A DNA stretch of 64,000 nucleotides, from the NCBI GenBank assembly GCA_964035545.1, contig OZ037768.1, positions 10,076,741 to 10,140,740 on the forward strand, in the 5' to 3' direction. Of this stretch, positions 27,001 to 40,400 are shown in pieces. The notes below the pieces were generated by a model, which made no database searches, was not told the DNA's origin, and saw only the letters and a program-made list of their open reading frames with translations. Both the position numbers and the translations under genes were made by a program. Within the stretch, counting starts at the first letter, position 1. Each line of letters starts with the position of its first letter. This DNA comes from Bugula neritina (taxonomy: Eukaryota; Animalia; Bryozoa).

Positions 27001-29672
27001 CGTCATTAGTTTGCAATGACCCCGTGTTATACATCCTGAAATGATAAAACAAAATTTAAATATTTTCAATATTAAATATATTATTTAAATAAGTTATTTT
27101 TTCTATGAAAATATTTATCAAAAGCAAAACGAACTTGAAAAATAGTGATAGCTTTTTAAAAACTAAATTTAATATAAAATCTCCCAAAGAAACCACAAAT
27201 TTAATTTTGGCTGACCACAATCTTCGCAGAATTTTTTCTATATTTTATATTTTAATTATTATGTAATGTTACCACAGTTAAAATTGATATGAATGATTAC
27301 CTGAGTAACAGAGTGCATATGGCTGAAAATGTAGCTGCTTTAAAGCATGGCTTAGGTTTGACTAATCCTGAAATTAGTAGCTCCTAAAAGAAAACATACT
27401 AGATGTACAATGTTGTAAATTAAAAATGAAAACAAAAAAATAAAACTAAAGATTGCCAAATAGAAGTTAGTTAAAAATTGAGTGAAAAATCAAATAATTA
27501 TGTATACTAGACTTTTTTACCTCCATGGATTGAAAGAAGCTCCTCTCTTTTACGTGTGAGAGAAAATTAGTACAGAGTTGATTCATGGCAGGTCGCAGGA
27601 CATCTCCAGATTTACCTGTGAGAATTCTCCAGTTGGTCGTTGAGGTGAAAGATATTAAAACTGTGAGAAGAGTATTGATGGTTTTCATATCAGCAGAGTT
27701 TTCCGGCTGCAAAATAAATGCATTTAGGAGTTATAAGTATTGTACATGAGTGAGATACGTGTAAACTAGAAGTATATTAAATACATCAACTTTTGCACCA
27801 GTCAGAAAAAATATGTTTACTGAGATGTTTTAGTAAGTTATTAATTGCAGTACAAATTAATTGTTACAATGAACATGGAAACCCGGTAGGTAAAAATGAT
27901 TACTTCAAGAATAATTATGATCAGTGTGAGTTCAAAGTTTTGTCGCATCTTAAGCTATGAAACCTTAAAATATCAACAAATTTTTCGAAAAAAAATCCAA
28001 GAGTTATATGTTTTTAACAAACGTACAGGGCTATGCCGCTCAATTCAGAAGGAAAGGTTCTGTATCAATTAGCAAGAAATAACATAATACAGCTACTTGG
28101 GGACACTAGTATACCTTTAGCTGAGTGAACTGAGTACAGCATACTAGCAGCTGCTTAATGTGCTCTATCCAAGATGCTGACAATGACTTGTTGAGCAGCA
28201 TTGACATGTAGTTCTCCTATGAAATACAAGATGTACTGCTGAATGGTGTATAAACAGTGAAACTATCACCAGACAAGGTTACTACACATAATTCATAGAA
28301 AGAATAGTGAACACTACTATGCAATAGAAAAATAACCTGACTGCATTAAATGTGCAGTACAGTTACTGATGAATCGCAAATTCATAAGGTTTCATATTGA
28401 CTTTCTAGAAGAAACAGGTGAATGTCTCCTGCCTCTGATTCAAAGCATGTATATCCCAACACTGTTTTGAAGTTCTTCGAATATCAATTTTATTGAGATA
28501 AAAAAACCAGTTAACCATCTCCATAGTTTCATCAAATAAACTATAAAATTATTATTTTATGTGTGTGCGTGTGTGTTAGAAGTGTGATAATTCTTGCTGC
28601 TTCATAATATGAAGAAATGTTTTCAGTGCTCTTGTTAAGTTTTTGCAACAATTATTCAACTCACGCTATGGTATAAAATAATTGTTTATAAATCTACCTG
28701 GATAACTGCAGAGTTGAGAGAATGGAGGATATATTTGCACAGGCATTCAAATTTCTATAACAGAAAAGTATAAAATAAATGTGACTATTTTCAGAACTCA
28801 TTAATACAACTCAAACTTTTATGGTGGAGGCAAAAATCAGGGCATGTATAAGTTCATAGCAAATGAAATATAAATTACCAATATTTGCGTAACCAAAACA
28901 AAAATGTGGTTAAAATATAGCAATCATTCAAGAGAAAAATTAATATATCTTCTCATTGTTGTTATGCATATTGGCTATTATTACCTTAGTCACCCTTTGG
29001 TCTTTCGTAGAGAAAATTAGGAACCTCTTGGCAGATGGAAAAACGGCACTGGCTAAAAACACGTTGTAGATAATCAATTTGCTTTTTTGGTGACAATAAA
29101 ATTACTTTCTAGGTTCTGTAAAAAGCATGCCACTAAATAACAATCTATGCATGAAGAGCAAAGCTTTGAATATTACCTGGCTGAAGCGCTGGCGTGTAGT
29201 CAATCTGGTCATCTTTATAGCTGATAGCTAGATCTAAGTTGTTCCTAAAAATATACCCCAATATGTGTTGTTAATTGAATTAGGGGAAAATAATGAATTG
29301 TTGATAATGAAATGAAGAAATTATATTGCCAGCACTTTTACTGTAAGGAATAAACACAGAAACACATATACAACCTTATCTTTGAGAGAAACTGACGTCT
29401 TGTTAAGAATCCCCGGACATATTTCTACAACGAAAACATCAAGAAAACCTAATTTATTTAATCAATAAATATTTGAAATAGAGAATGTTTTTTACAAACA
29501 TCAACTTTTAAACATCAATTATACTAAATCTAGTAACCTGAATTTTGATTACTGCATTCATCTCGATAGCTTTCCACTCTCGCTTTTGTCTGGCCATTTT
29601 CTTTTCAAGTAGAAATTTATTTTTGTCATCAGATACATGTGAAGATGAGGTGCTTGTAGTATTCCCAAACAT
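18099..29672 (-). CDS. UBE3B: Ubiquitin-protein ligase E3B (IQ motif + HECT domain), multi-exon
   Basis: N-terminus MFGNT...[16 protein letters not shown]...AVIKIQ|KYVRGFLTR (IQ motif). HECT exons include [33 protein letters not shown]|[13 protein letters not shown] and [17 protein letters not shown]. The C-terminus [43 protein letters not shown]...NNTGFELS* carries the UBE3B-type insert and the catalytic Cys. A probable non-coding first exon has its donor near 31032. Confidence 0.95.
19621..19820. mobile_element. 200-bp MITE in a UBE3B intron, right end duplicated
   Basis: 14-bp TIR GTATGGAGTGCCAA / TTGGCACTCCATAC, with TAAA on both flanks (19617-19620, 19821-19824). The right ~49 bp is present twice. 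Confidence 0.7.
21340..21412 (-). mobile_element. 3' fragment of the SINE family seen at 26346
   Basis: Reverse complement AAAAACCCCTTTTCATTCGGGGTTCTCACAGGGATGAAGACAGTAAACTCG resembles 26477-26530 AAAAACCCCTTCTATCAGGGGTCTTCTTACAGGGATGGTGACTATAAACTTG. Confidence 0.6.
25735..25915. repeat. Degenerate ~45-bp tandem repeat (about 4 copies) filling most of a UBE3B intron
   Basis: Recurring ATTGTATAGCATGATAATAGCATGTAGAATACATCCCAGGTATA-like units. Confidence 0.75.
26131..26220. repeat. 15-16-bp minisatellite x6 (GCTATGTGAAACATCT)
   Basis: Copies start at 26131, 26147, 26163, 26178, 26193 and 26209. It lies ~15 bp from a UBE3B splice acceptor. Confidence 0.92.
26346..26548 (+). mobile_element. tRNA-derived SINE, antisense in a UBE3B intron
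   Basis: Pol III A-box-like TGGTCTAGGGG (26352) and B-box-like GGTTCGATC (26396), a GC-richer body and a T-run end. A related tail fragment is at 21340. Confidence 0.7.
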
Positions 29673-31339
29673 ATTGCTTTCAGTGTTATCAGTGTCAATT
29701 AAATTCAATATTTAGTGAATTGTCAGGTAAGGAACTCCATCAATAAAATCCTTGCCCAATACTTAAGTGCAAATTTTCATGAAAACCTATAAAACAACAG
29801 TGAATGCTTACAGTATTGATACACTAGGACAGCAAATTTTTTGTTCATGTAAAACTATTATGATTCTCAATACAAAATTACTCAAATTTTATATTAATGA
29901 TTATTAGAAAAACAATTTAAACAATAATATAATCATAGAGATAATTATATTGTACATAAAATAAAATTAGTTGAACTAACCCAATCCAGGCCTAAAGACC
30001 TTTTCGTTCTAATATCGCTAGATTGCTGTTTTTTATTTTTATTCAAACACTCACTGAAGCAAGAACATTATATATAAAATAGTTTTATGTTGGGTTTCTA
30101 TTATGAGATTTTGACTTAAAGTTTTGCTTATTCCTCACCTTGACGCTTGTTATTACTGTGTGTTTTCCTTCAATGACTAACACAATTGCAAAAACCAATA
30201 AGCTGAACATACATGTCCAATATATCAAGGAGAGAGGTTAGCAATCCTGGCCCTGTGGAGAAAGGAATATTTAAATAAAATTTGTCGAAACATTTATATT
30301 GTGACAAAATGCATAAATAAAGCTCATTAGAATGCTTATTGTCAAAATTTAAAGTTTTTGAGTTCTACTGGCTCGACGGAACTACCTAAATGAAAAATTA
30401 TAAAAAAATTTCTAATCACATGAAATACACTATGCCAGGCATGAGTAGAAGTGGTTATTGATTAAGAGTTTTTTAGTTGAGATGATGTCTAGCCTTATCC
30501 AGAGCACGAGATTTGAAAAATGACACGTTTCGGTTTTGAAGGCAGATACTAGTTAAGATTATTGCATAATTGCATCTTTCACCACTTACATAATTTATGA
30601 ATTTGATTAAAAGTCAAGTTTTAAAACTTTTCTCCAGTTTGTATTACTGATGATAAAAGAGATTTTCTAGATAATTAAGTAATTTTAAAAAAATCTAGAG
30701 TCAAATGGCAACTTTTATACTGCTCTCTTGAAGTGCCAGTAAACTCTCATTAGTATTCTAATGCTTACATCAGCTGAACTGTTTTTGAATGTAAAGGAAC
30801 ATAATAATTCAACAACAGATCCTACTAGTCTCACATATACTTGCTCTTGATAAACATTCATAAAGTGGAGCAATTCTCACCATATATAATACTGCAATAA
30901 ACAAGATATTTGATAAATGTCAACTGAGGTTTTAGGAAAATAGTCAGTTACTATTAGTATCATAGACCATAATTAATAGCCAAAGGAAATAAGAGACAAA
31001 GCACCCATAAAATCTAATTCTTTAAAACTTACACCCGGTGACTCATCCATACTTTTCACTCAACAAAATGTGCCCTTGTGAAAATAATATTTTTCTTTAA
31101 TGTTTCTCGGTGAGATAAATCGTATAAAGTATCCCATTTTCCCTTATGCATATCATATATTTTAACCGACATTTAATTGCATTATTATTAAATTTAATGA
31201 AAAAACAGCCAGAACAATAACTATTACTATTCAAGTTTATTCTAGAAATATTACCATAATTTTAGATATTTTCTATTTCATTTACTCAAAGTCAATGTTT
31301 AATTATAATATAAATAAGTATTATATATATTAAATAATA

Positions 31340-31790
31340 TAAATATTACTATTAGTATTAGTATTAGTAATAATATTAATAATAATTCTACTTCGACTTT
31401 TGGGTTCGATACTTATTACCAGACTTATGCTCATAATGATGATCAATAATCATAGTGTGACTATGAACATAAGTATTAAACCCATACTGATACCGATACT
31501 CATATTGATGTACTTATACTTATTTTTATTAGTTATTATGATTATCATAAACTAAGTTAAAATGATAAAGTGAAAATGATTATCAAGGATTTTAACAGTA
31601 AGGTAACGACTAAAAGTAATATCAACAAGTATTATTATTGCTATTAGGATAAGTACAACATCAACATTAATTACAAGTATAAGTATAAGTATAACTTTCA
31701 GCTTCAGAGAAATTTTTATTTTAGTCTTCAGTTTTCTTTGACTTTTAGTTTTAGTTATATCAGAAAGTTTAACTTTAAAAACTCAGCCTA
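31340..31790. repeat. Cryptic 6-bp-periodic tract upstream of the UBE3B 5' end
   Basis: ATTAGT, CATACT GATACC GATACT, AAGTAT x3 and TTTAGT units. Confidence 0.6.
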
Positions 31791-32774
31791 AGCATATTAT
31801 AAATACATACTTTTAGGCTAGGGTTCAACGTTGTCTGATTAAATTGATGATAAATCCTTTAATAATCATGGTTTTGGTGTCTTGCACTGGGCTAAAATAT
31901 ACACTTTTGGTTTCAGTGGTATCTTGATTGAGCCTGAAAAAACTCTTTAATAGAATTGCTGACCATGACATAGCAATAGTTGTCATTCGTAGCCCTGTGT
32001 TGTTCTAGTTTCAGAGTTATCTTACTTAGCTTTCAGAAAGACAACTCTTTAAACCGACGCAAGGCCGCTAATAATTATTGAGAGATTTGCACCTCTCTGT
32101 TTCCCTCTCACCGAAGTTATTAAGGTGATTTTGTTGAAGATTATAGCTAATTCTAAATAGGAATGCTCAATGCCAGTTCTCAGCTGTGAGTCCTAGAAAT
32201 CTTTAAACACATTGGTATTATTAGATGTTTCCAAGTGTTAAAGGAAACATCATAGATCAGTGGTTTCCAACCTGGAGGGAATTCCCCCCTAGGGGGGAAT
32301 TTGGACATTTTAGGGGGCGAATTTGGATTTTGAAAAATTCACAAAATTCGTTGACGGTTTTTGAGCTCTTGCAAGTTACATGTATGTGCATATCTATAAA
32401 TCTTCATCTTAGTATATCTATTTAACCAAAGCATTTTCTGCAATCTCAGTTTACTTCTACATGAATATGTTTATTAACTACTCTACCCTAACTGTTCTCT
32501 GCGCTACTTCAAATGAAGGTCAAAAATATGCAAAGACCAACAGGCCAACTTTTAGCAGTCATGCATGTCAATCTCTATGAACTGTATACTACATACCTAG
32601 TGAAGGTGTATGCTACACTAAATAATCTGAACCTAAAAATGCTGGAGTGCAATCATATCATTGCTTTTTTATGGCAGCAATGTTTTTAAAGTTACACTGA
32701 AGTGGTGACATCTATCAAAAACATGGTGTTTTTCTCCACACTCAATAAACTTTTATAGGAGAAGAACCTGTTCC

Positions 32775-32982
32775 GATTTTAGGTAAAAATGGCACAGGTA
32801 AAAATTGCACACTGGTGTTAAATTTTCTCAAACCCAAACCTTCAAACCCCCCCCCCCCATCCTGAACGCCTAACCCCCAACTCAAATCTTCAATGCTAAC
32901 ATTGAAAGTGCCAGTTTTACTTAATTTTCCATTTGTGCTATTATTACCTCTGCCATTTTTACCTGTGCCATCTGTTCCAGAT
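32775..32982. mobile_element. Fold-back MITE (GGTAAAAATGGCACA subterminal repeats, C-rich core) nested in hAT copy 1; also at ~45058-45260
   Basis: Inverted arrays AGGTAAAAATGGCACAGGTAAAAATTGCACA ... TGTGCTATTATTACCTCTGCCATTTTTACCTGTGCCA interrupt the transposase remnant. Confidence 0.65.
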
Positions 32983-33215
32983 CATTTTTAAAAAAACTTC
33001 TAGGCTCTCTCTGAAATTTTAATACAGTTTTCACGGTATTTCTCTGAGCTACCTCCCAAAAAGAAAGAGCTAGATTCTTAGCTTGACATGTGACCCATTG
33101 CAACGATTTGTTGAAAAAGTTTCAAAGCAATTACAAAAGGATTTTATTGAGTTGGTTCACAATTCAGCAATGAAGGGTGCATGATATGAAAATTTCTTCA
33201 GTTGATGTATTGTAG

Positions 33216-33598
33216 GTAGTGTTCAGTAAAAATGGCACAGGTAATAATGGCACAAATGAAAAAGTAGGTAAAAATGGCATACGAATTGTTTATTGCGTGG
33301 AGAACTTTAAGTAACATGGCCATTGATTGGAAAAATATCCTCAGCTATGCTATTGGGGTGGGGGTTTGGAGTTTAAAAGAGAGGTTTGAGGTAAGGATTT
33401 TGGGTTTGTACTTGGGGTTCTGGAGTTTGGGGGGTGGAGTGGGGGTTAGAGTTAGGGAGTGGGGATTTGGGGTTCAAGGATTGGGGGCTTGGGGTGGAGG
33501 GTTTGGGGTTTGAGTTTGGACAAATTTAACATCAGTGAGCCATTTTTACTTACTTTTCCATTTGTGCCATTATTACCTGTGCCATTTTTACATGCACC
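33216..33598. mobile_element. Second fold-back MITE of the same family in opposite orientation (G-rich core) nested in hAT copy 1; also at ~45483-45768
   Basis: GTAAAAATGGCACAGGTAATAATGGCACAAATG ... CATTTGTGCCATTATTACCTGTGCCATTTTTAC, with a GGGGTTT-rich core. Confidence 0.7.
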
Positions 33599-34483
33599 AG
33601 TTTTATCTAAAATAATTGTGGGTTTCAACAAGCAAACTCTTCCTACACATAATTGACAAAGCAGAGTTTGGTGCCATCAAAGTGAAGAGAAACTGCCTTA
33701 ACCTGCAGAGTGACTTAAGATGGGCCTGGTCAAACACAGAGCCAGGCTTAAGCAAGCTGGCACAAAAGCATCAAATGAAGCCACAACATACGCTGTGTTT
33801 GATAACATAAAAATAACGATAATATTGCTATTATTATGTAATTATATTATATGCAAATATAATAAAACGAAATATATTGCATTGTATCATATATTCTCAT
33901 TCAGTAAGTCGAAGGGGCGGGGAAATTAATAGTCAACATTTACGAAAGGGGGAATAGTATAAAAAAGGTTGGGAACCACTGGTTTATGGAATCTTGTGTT
34001 TCACTTTATATTACATGCATTTACCAGCATGTAATTCAGAATTAATAGGTTTGAAGTATACACATTTTTCAAACAAGATTTGCTGGAGTTGGCAAAAGAA
34101 TATGGTGGAACAGATTTTCCCTTGAGACAAATAAACAATAGAATGTTTGATATTTTTATATTTTCACTTTCATTGCTATAACACATGTTAATTGTATGCC
34201 TGGATCAATAATCCATTAAAGTTGTTCTGGCATATATAATCAATAAGCTATTAAAGTATATAGCAGAGTGCAGAGTTTGCTGGACTCTGAAATATTCTAA
34301 TATTAATATTATACACAGAGTAAATTATAGATCAAGATATTTACTGATTGATTTGCTTTAACTAGTCAATTAAAGTCGGTTCTGTACGAAAGCATAAGCT
34401 TTTATAATCAAAGCAAACAACAGAAATAAAGTTTTTATAACTTTCAAACTGAAATTGACTTAAGGAAAAGAGGCATAGAAATT

Positions 34484-37400
34484 ATGGCACTCATTTTGAT
34501 GCTACTACTACTAAACATTATTTTCACAGGTAATTTTATTTACCGTTTATTTATAATTCTATGATAAAACTAATTGCTTATAGCTTCTTTTAAAATTAAT
34601 AATATTTAATAGTTGTGAGGAATATTTTTACATTTTAATGGCAAAGTTTTCAATTTGTTACAAACGTAAGTTCATGTAAAGCCAAAATGCTGCTTATACT
34701 TTTTCCATTTAGATGCTGACACTCTTGGTCCAACGTTCAGCAGCAGATATTAATTTAGGCTGTTACATGGACAGTAATTCAAGAACTTTAGATGGTCTGT
34801 TCACAAATACTGCTGACAGCGTTACTCTGTGTACTTCCTACTGCTTTAAGAGGGGTGAGCATTTTAGTAGTAATAATTGAACATCCAACTCAAAGCATTT
34901 TAATGCACTCGTTATAGTATTATATGAGCTAAAAACCTATAGAAAAAAATATTATTATAACATTATGTAAGTACAGACCATTTAAGAATACGATTGAACA
35001 TTGGATTTTTATACCCAATAGAGGAAGTGCTCTATATATGATAATGCATGCATGACGATGAGCTCCATATACTTTTCCATAGCTAGCACGCTGCCCTTAT
35101 AGTTACTTTTAAAGAAGGGGATGATGTAAAACCTGGTGAATTTTCTGTTATATTGAAAGAGTTATAATAGAATATGGCACACGTCAAAAGCATGTAGACA
35201 TTTCTGCTATTGAAGTGTCTAACAAAAATAGGAAGCTTCCTTATTGACATGCACATGTTAATGTTATTGATTAAAACTTTTTTGCCCAGAAACAAAAGAA
35301 AGCTTGTAAATAAAGCTATATGATCAATGATAGTGCATATAAATGCACATTTTTTGTTGCTAAAAACTATTTTTCTATTGGTTATGACCAGGCTTTTCTT
35401 TATTGTGCTATCTATACAACATATACTTGAATGTTTGTTCTTTAGTTTAATCATGGGGTGGAGTGGTGACTGATTGTTGGAACAAAAATAAGGTGCATTC
35501 TTTATAATAGCTGTGTTATTCTATTTTGAGCTATTGTCAAAGTCTACTTCATTCTCAAAAATTTAACTACCCGCACAAAATAAAGTTTCAGAATGAATTT
35601 ATGTAGAGTTCACATTTGATTTATTTTTTATTTTTCACATGATTATAGCACTATAGTCACTAATTGAACCCAGAAAGTGTTGACGGTTGTGTATAGCCAA
35701 AATAATTTAGAAGTTTGGATTTTTCACCGCCTTTAGCAATCTGGCAGTTACCATATTATGACATAACTCTTTAGACTTATTCATGCTGTTTGGTATAAAA
35801 ATATGTTCATCTGAAAATTAATTATCCATTACAGAATTGCCATTTGACGGTGTTATGTGAAGCAAATGGTACCTTCTGGTGTATTCTGTCTCTTCATATT
35901 ATATTAGAATGTGATTTTACACTGTGTTAAGTTTTCTTGAATATATTTAGTAAGTTTTAAGCTCTTTTTGGTATAAAAAGATGCTAAACAGAACAAATCA
36001 CCTAGCAAACCAATGGGTTTTGAAACATTAAGTATAGTGAGTATATAATTACCTGAGAGTTACTCGAAGTATGCAGGCATGACATTGAAATATCGAAAGA
36101 ACAATAAAGTGGGGTCTGGCCGGCCAGGGGAAATACAAGGACCAAAAGTATAGTACTGATTTATAATTATTTTATCACAAAGTCTATCGGCGTGTTTATC
36201 TACTGTAGGCTGACATCTTTCATCTCGTAGTCTCTCGTTCGTCCTTGATCCAATATGTATTTTAATAAACAAATGCACATGGCATTATAACGTAGCATCT
36301 CGCTAGTCCGTAATTAGTGATAAACAAAAGACACATAATAATATAACATCTCCCTTCTTAAGCAGGTGACTTCCTTCTATAACATTGTGATTAAGGTTGC
36401 TGAGATTAATAATATGATACGAGTATACATGATTAATATGGATTGGGGATTAACAATGAAACTAAATAACTATGTACAGGGTGGGAAACGGCTAATAGCT
36501 TATCCCATGTGGAAGTCCTTGTATTTAGCGGGGAGGACTCCACGGTTGCTTCTGGGTTGACGCTCTGGTGGTGGTGCCGCGTTCCTGAGAGGTGTTGCAG
36601 GCAGGGCAGGCATGTGGGGGGATTCATTAGGAGCATCTCCAACATCAGTATCAGCAGCATCAGCGACACCAAGGGTCTGTGTGTTATCTGGTTTGAGGTG
36701 AACACGATTCCTACGCACTATATACTGACCGTTGTCAACCAAGTAGGATCTGGGGGAGTCATGCTGTTCGACAATCATTCCTGGCGACCATTCTTTGTCA
36801 GTGCTTGACCTGATTAGTGCAGGAGTCCCAGGTTCCAGATCAGCCAACGGCCGTGCATGGCGGTCATGGTACTTCTTCTGCAAGTTTTGGTTGGCTATTA
36901 GTTGTTGGCTAGCCTCAATAACAACTGGTTTAAGCGACTCGGCAGTGATTGGCAAATCACTTCTTAGGGCTCTGTTGAACAGAAGCTCAGCTGGACTGAA
37001 AGCACAGCCAGTGATAGGAGATTGCCTGTATTTGAGTAGTGACCTGTATATATCCTCTCTTTCATCCTCACATTTTTTTAGAAAGGCTTTCATCGTTTGC
37101 ACATAACGCTCAGCCATTCCATTGGACTTAGGGTAGTGCGGACTAGATGTTACAATGGTGAAGCACCAGCTTGATGCAAAAGTCTGCATGATTCTACTGC
37201 TGAAAGGCATGTTGTCCGCCAGAATGGAAACTGGCACCCCGTGTACAGCAAATATGGATTTCAATGCCAAAACCACGTCTTCAGCAGTCTTTCTCCTGAG
37301 TAATCTCAGCTCGGGGAAGTGAGAGTAACAGTCCACAACTACCAAGTAATCATTATTCTTATAGGACAGTATATCCATAGCCACTTTATTCCATGGTAGA

Positions 37401-40400
37401 CTTGGCAGCTCATGAGACATTAACGGCTCTTTCTGTTGACGGTTGGAAAACTTAGCGCAGGTGAGGCAACTTGACACTTCATTCCGTATATCAGCAGATA
37501 GCCCAGGCCAATAGAATGATTTCCTCGCAAGCTCCCTGCATTTCTCAACGCCCAGGTGGCCCATGTGTAGCGACTTTAGAATGTGCTTCCTCTGTGACTT
37601 CGGAACTATAAGCCGCTCTTCAACGTAAAGAAATCCATCCACATCATAGATGTCAGATCTAACATTCCAGTAGGGTTGGATTTCTGTGGGGGCCTGACTC
37701 CGTCTACTCCATGACCAACCATCTTGCAGTGCTTTTTTCAGACTGTCCATTGTCGGGTCTTCAGCATATGACTGTCTCATCTCATTCATGGCGCTATCAT
37801 CGGTTTCTAAGGCATGAACCATCACAACTTCACCTTCGAGATCACACTGATCATTTGTAACGCGTTGAAGGTAGGCTCGGGATAGTGTGTCAGCAATATA
37901 TAAATACTTGCCCGGAACATATGTGAACTCAGCTATCCGGTATCTTTGTAGTCGCAGAAGTAGTCTTTGCAGCCTTGGGGATGCCTTGTGCAACGACTTG
38001 TTCATTATCGGGACGAGAGGTTTATGATCCGTCTGTATGTGAACAGCACGTCCATAGAGGTAGCTGTGAAAGCGCTCACAGCCGAACACAACTGCTAGCA
38101 GCTCCTTATCTATTTGGGGATAGTTGCACTCAGTCTCAGTTAAGCTGCGTAAAGCGTATGCAACAGGTTTACCTTCCTGTAGTAACACTGCACCAAGTCC
38201 TGACTTTGAAGCGTCAACTTGTAAATGCGCATCCTTGGTAACATCAAAATACTGCAAGACAGGTTCGGATGTAAGCAAGCGTTTAATTACCTGGAAGCTT
38301 TCCATTTGTTCTTTGGACCACACCCACTGACTATCACTCTTCAGTAGCACTCTCAAGGGCTCAGTACAGGCTGACATGTTGGGTATGTAGGCTCTTAGAA
38401 AATTGAGAGTACCAATCAGTCTTTGTACTCCCTCTCGGTCTGTTGGGTCAGGCATGGCCTCAATAGCAGCTATCTTGTCTGGGTCAGGACGCAGACCATC
38501 TTTCGATACTATATGGCCTAAATAGCGTACCTCCGTCTGATTCAACTGAATCTTCTTGCGATTAAACTTCACATTAGCCTCTTTGGCCTTTACCAATAGC
38601 TTTCTCAGATTGGCATCATGTTCCTGTTGTGTCTTTCCAGCTACAATGATGTCATCAAAATACACTGAGACACCAGGCAAGTCCCCAAATATTTGCTCCA
38701 CCTTCTTCTCAAAGACTTCAGCACTTGAGTGAAGACCAAATGGAAGTCTATCAAAACAGTAGCGACCATATGGGGTGTTGAACGTTGTGAGCAGACTACT
38801 CTCTTTGGTCAAGGCTACATGCCAGTATCCATGTTTCATGTCCATGATGGTGTAGTATTGCATACCATTGAATCTGAAGGCAATGTCTTCTAATGTGGGT
38901 ATCTTGTGATGTTCTCGTCTCACTGCTCTGTTCAGGTCCTTGGGGTCTAGGCATATACGAACCGACCCATCTTTCTTTTCAACGCATACCATACTACTCA
39001 CCCAGTTGGTTGGTACGTCAACCTTAGATATGATTCCAGATGCCTCCATATCATCCAGTTCCTTTTTCACTTTGTCTAACATACTGAGTGGGACACGTCT
39101 TGGATGATGAACCACAGGCTTCACATTCTCGTCAACACATATCTCGTGCTCTCCATCAAGTCTGCCAACGCCTTCAAACACCTCAGGGAACTCCTGAAGT
39201 ATCGAGGTTGACAACTGATCAACTCTGCGGATCAGACCAAAAGATTCAGCAGCCTCGAGGCCAAGTATGGGAGGAAGGTCCTCATCAACCACCTCGAAGT
39301 GGACACTCTGGCTATGCTCCTTGTGGTTCACGGTGAGTTGAACTGCACCCACATTCTTGATCTTGGCCTTATTATAGCCGTAAAGGCATACAGAAGTGGG
39401 CTTTAGAGTAGCACCAAGTGACTGAACGGTTCTTAGGTTGATGCAATTTGTTTCAGCTCCAGTATCAATCTTAAACTGAATATCATTGGCCTTTCCTTTG
39501 TCACTGACCTTCATCGGAAGAATCCAAGATTTCAATTTAGATTCATTAGAAAGAGCACCAACAGCACCTATGAACAAGCTATTCATTTGTTTCGCTGCAA
39601 GAGCTTTGCCTTTGCAGACTTTCTCAAAGTGATTTTTCTTCCCGCAGTTATGACATGTCTCGCCATAAGCAGGACATCTGCCTTTGGCATGTGTGTATCC
39701 ACAAAATTTGCAATCTATGTTGTCCTTACGTGTGTTACTTCTGGTTATATTTTGCGTAGCGCCAGGCTGACTCTGCACAGTGCTGACTGCAGCATCATTT
39801 ATCTCATTGACTGTCTTCATAGTAGTATCACCGGCAGCCATCCTTGACATCTGCTGTTTGGTAATCTCAGCAGCACGGATGTCATCTAAGGCACTCTCAA
39901 GTTTAACGTTTTTGTCACGGAGTAGCCGCTCCTTCAGCTTTCCATCAGTGAGTCCAAACACAATTCTGCAGAGAAGCATTCGGTCTCGCAATTCGCCAAA
40001 ATCACATTTTGTAGCTTGAGTTTTTAGACGTTTCACAAAGGTGTCAATGGGCTCTCCATCACTCTGACTGAGAGACCAAAAAACAAACCATTCATACAAC
40101 ACGTTGCGCCGGGGATTGCAATAGGCTTCAAACTGCTCCAAAACATCAGCCATAACATCCTTGCTTTTACCTGCGGGAAAGTCAAATTGACCATAAATCT
40201 CAGTAGCTTCCTCACCAGCCTGGTTCAGAAGTATAGCAACCTGACGTCTATTAATACCCGCATTCTCAGGAGGAGGCTCTTGGCCACTCTCTTGAGGCTT
40301 CAAAACCAAATCACTTGCAAGCAAATAATTTTCCAAGGCCCTTCTCCACTTCCTCCAATTGTCTGACACATTACCTTCAAATGATAATTCTCCAGGGGCC

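Larger units (their letters stand above)
32258..33981 (+). mobile_element. Defective Buster/Charlie-type hAT element, copy 1
   Basis: 16-bp TIRs CAGTGGTTTCCAACCT / AGGTTGGGAACCACTG. Decayed transposase remnants: YLVKVYATLNNLNLK, LQKDFIELVHNSAMK, KRNCLNLQSDLRWAWSNTEPGLSKLAQKHQMKPQH. Both flanks fit nnnTAnnn (TCATAGAT left, GTTTATGG right). Confidence 0.9.

Noticed and set aside
33355-33510. Interstitial telomeric repeat
   Set aside because: Irregular G-runs with only an isolated TTAGGG; it is the core of a MITE.
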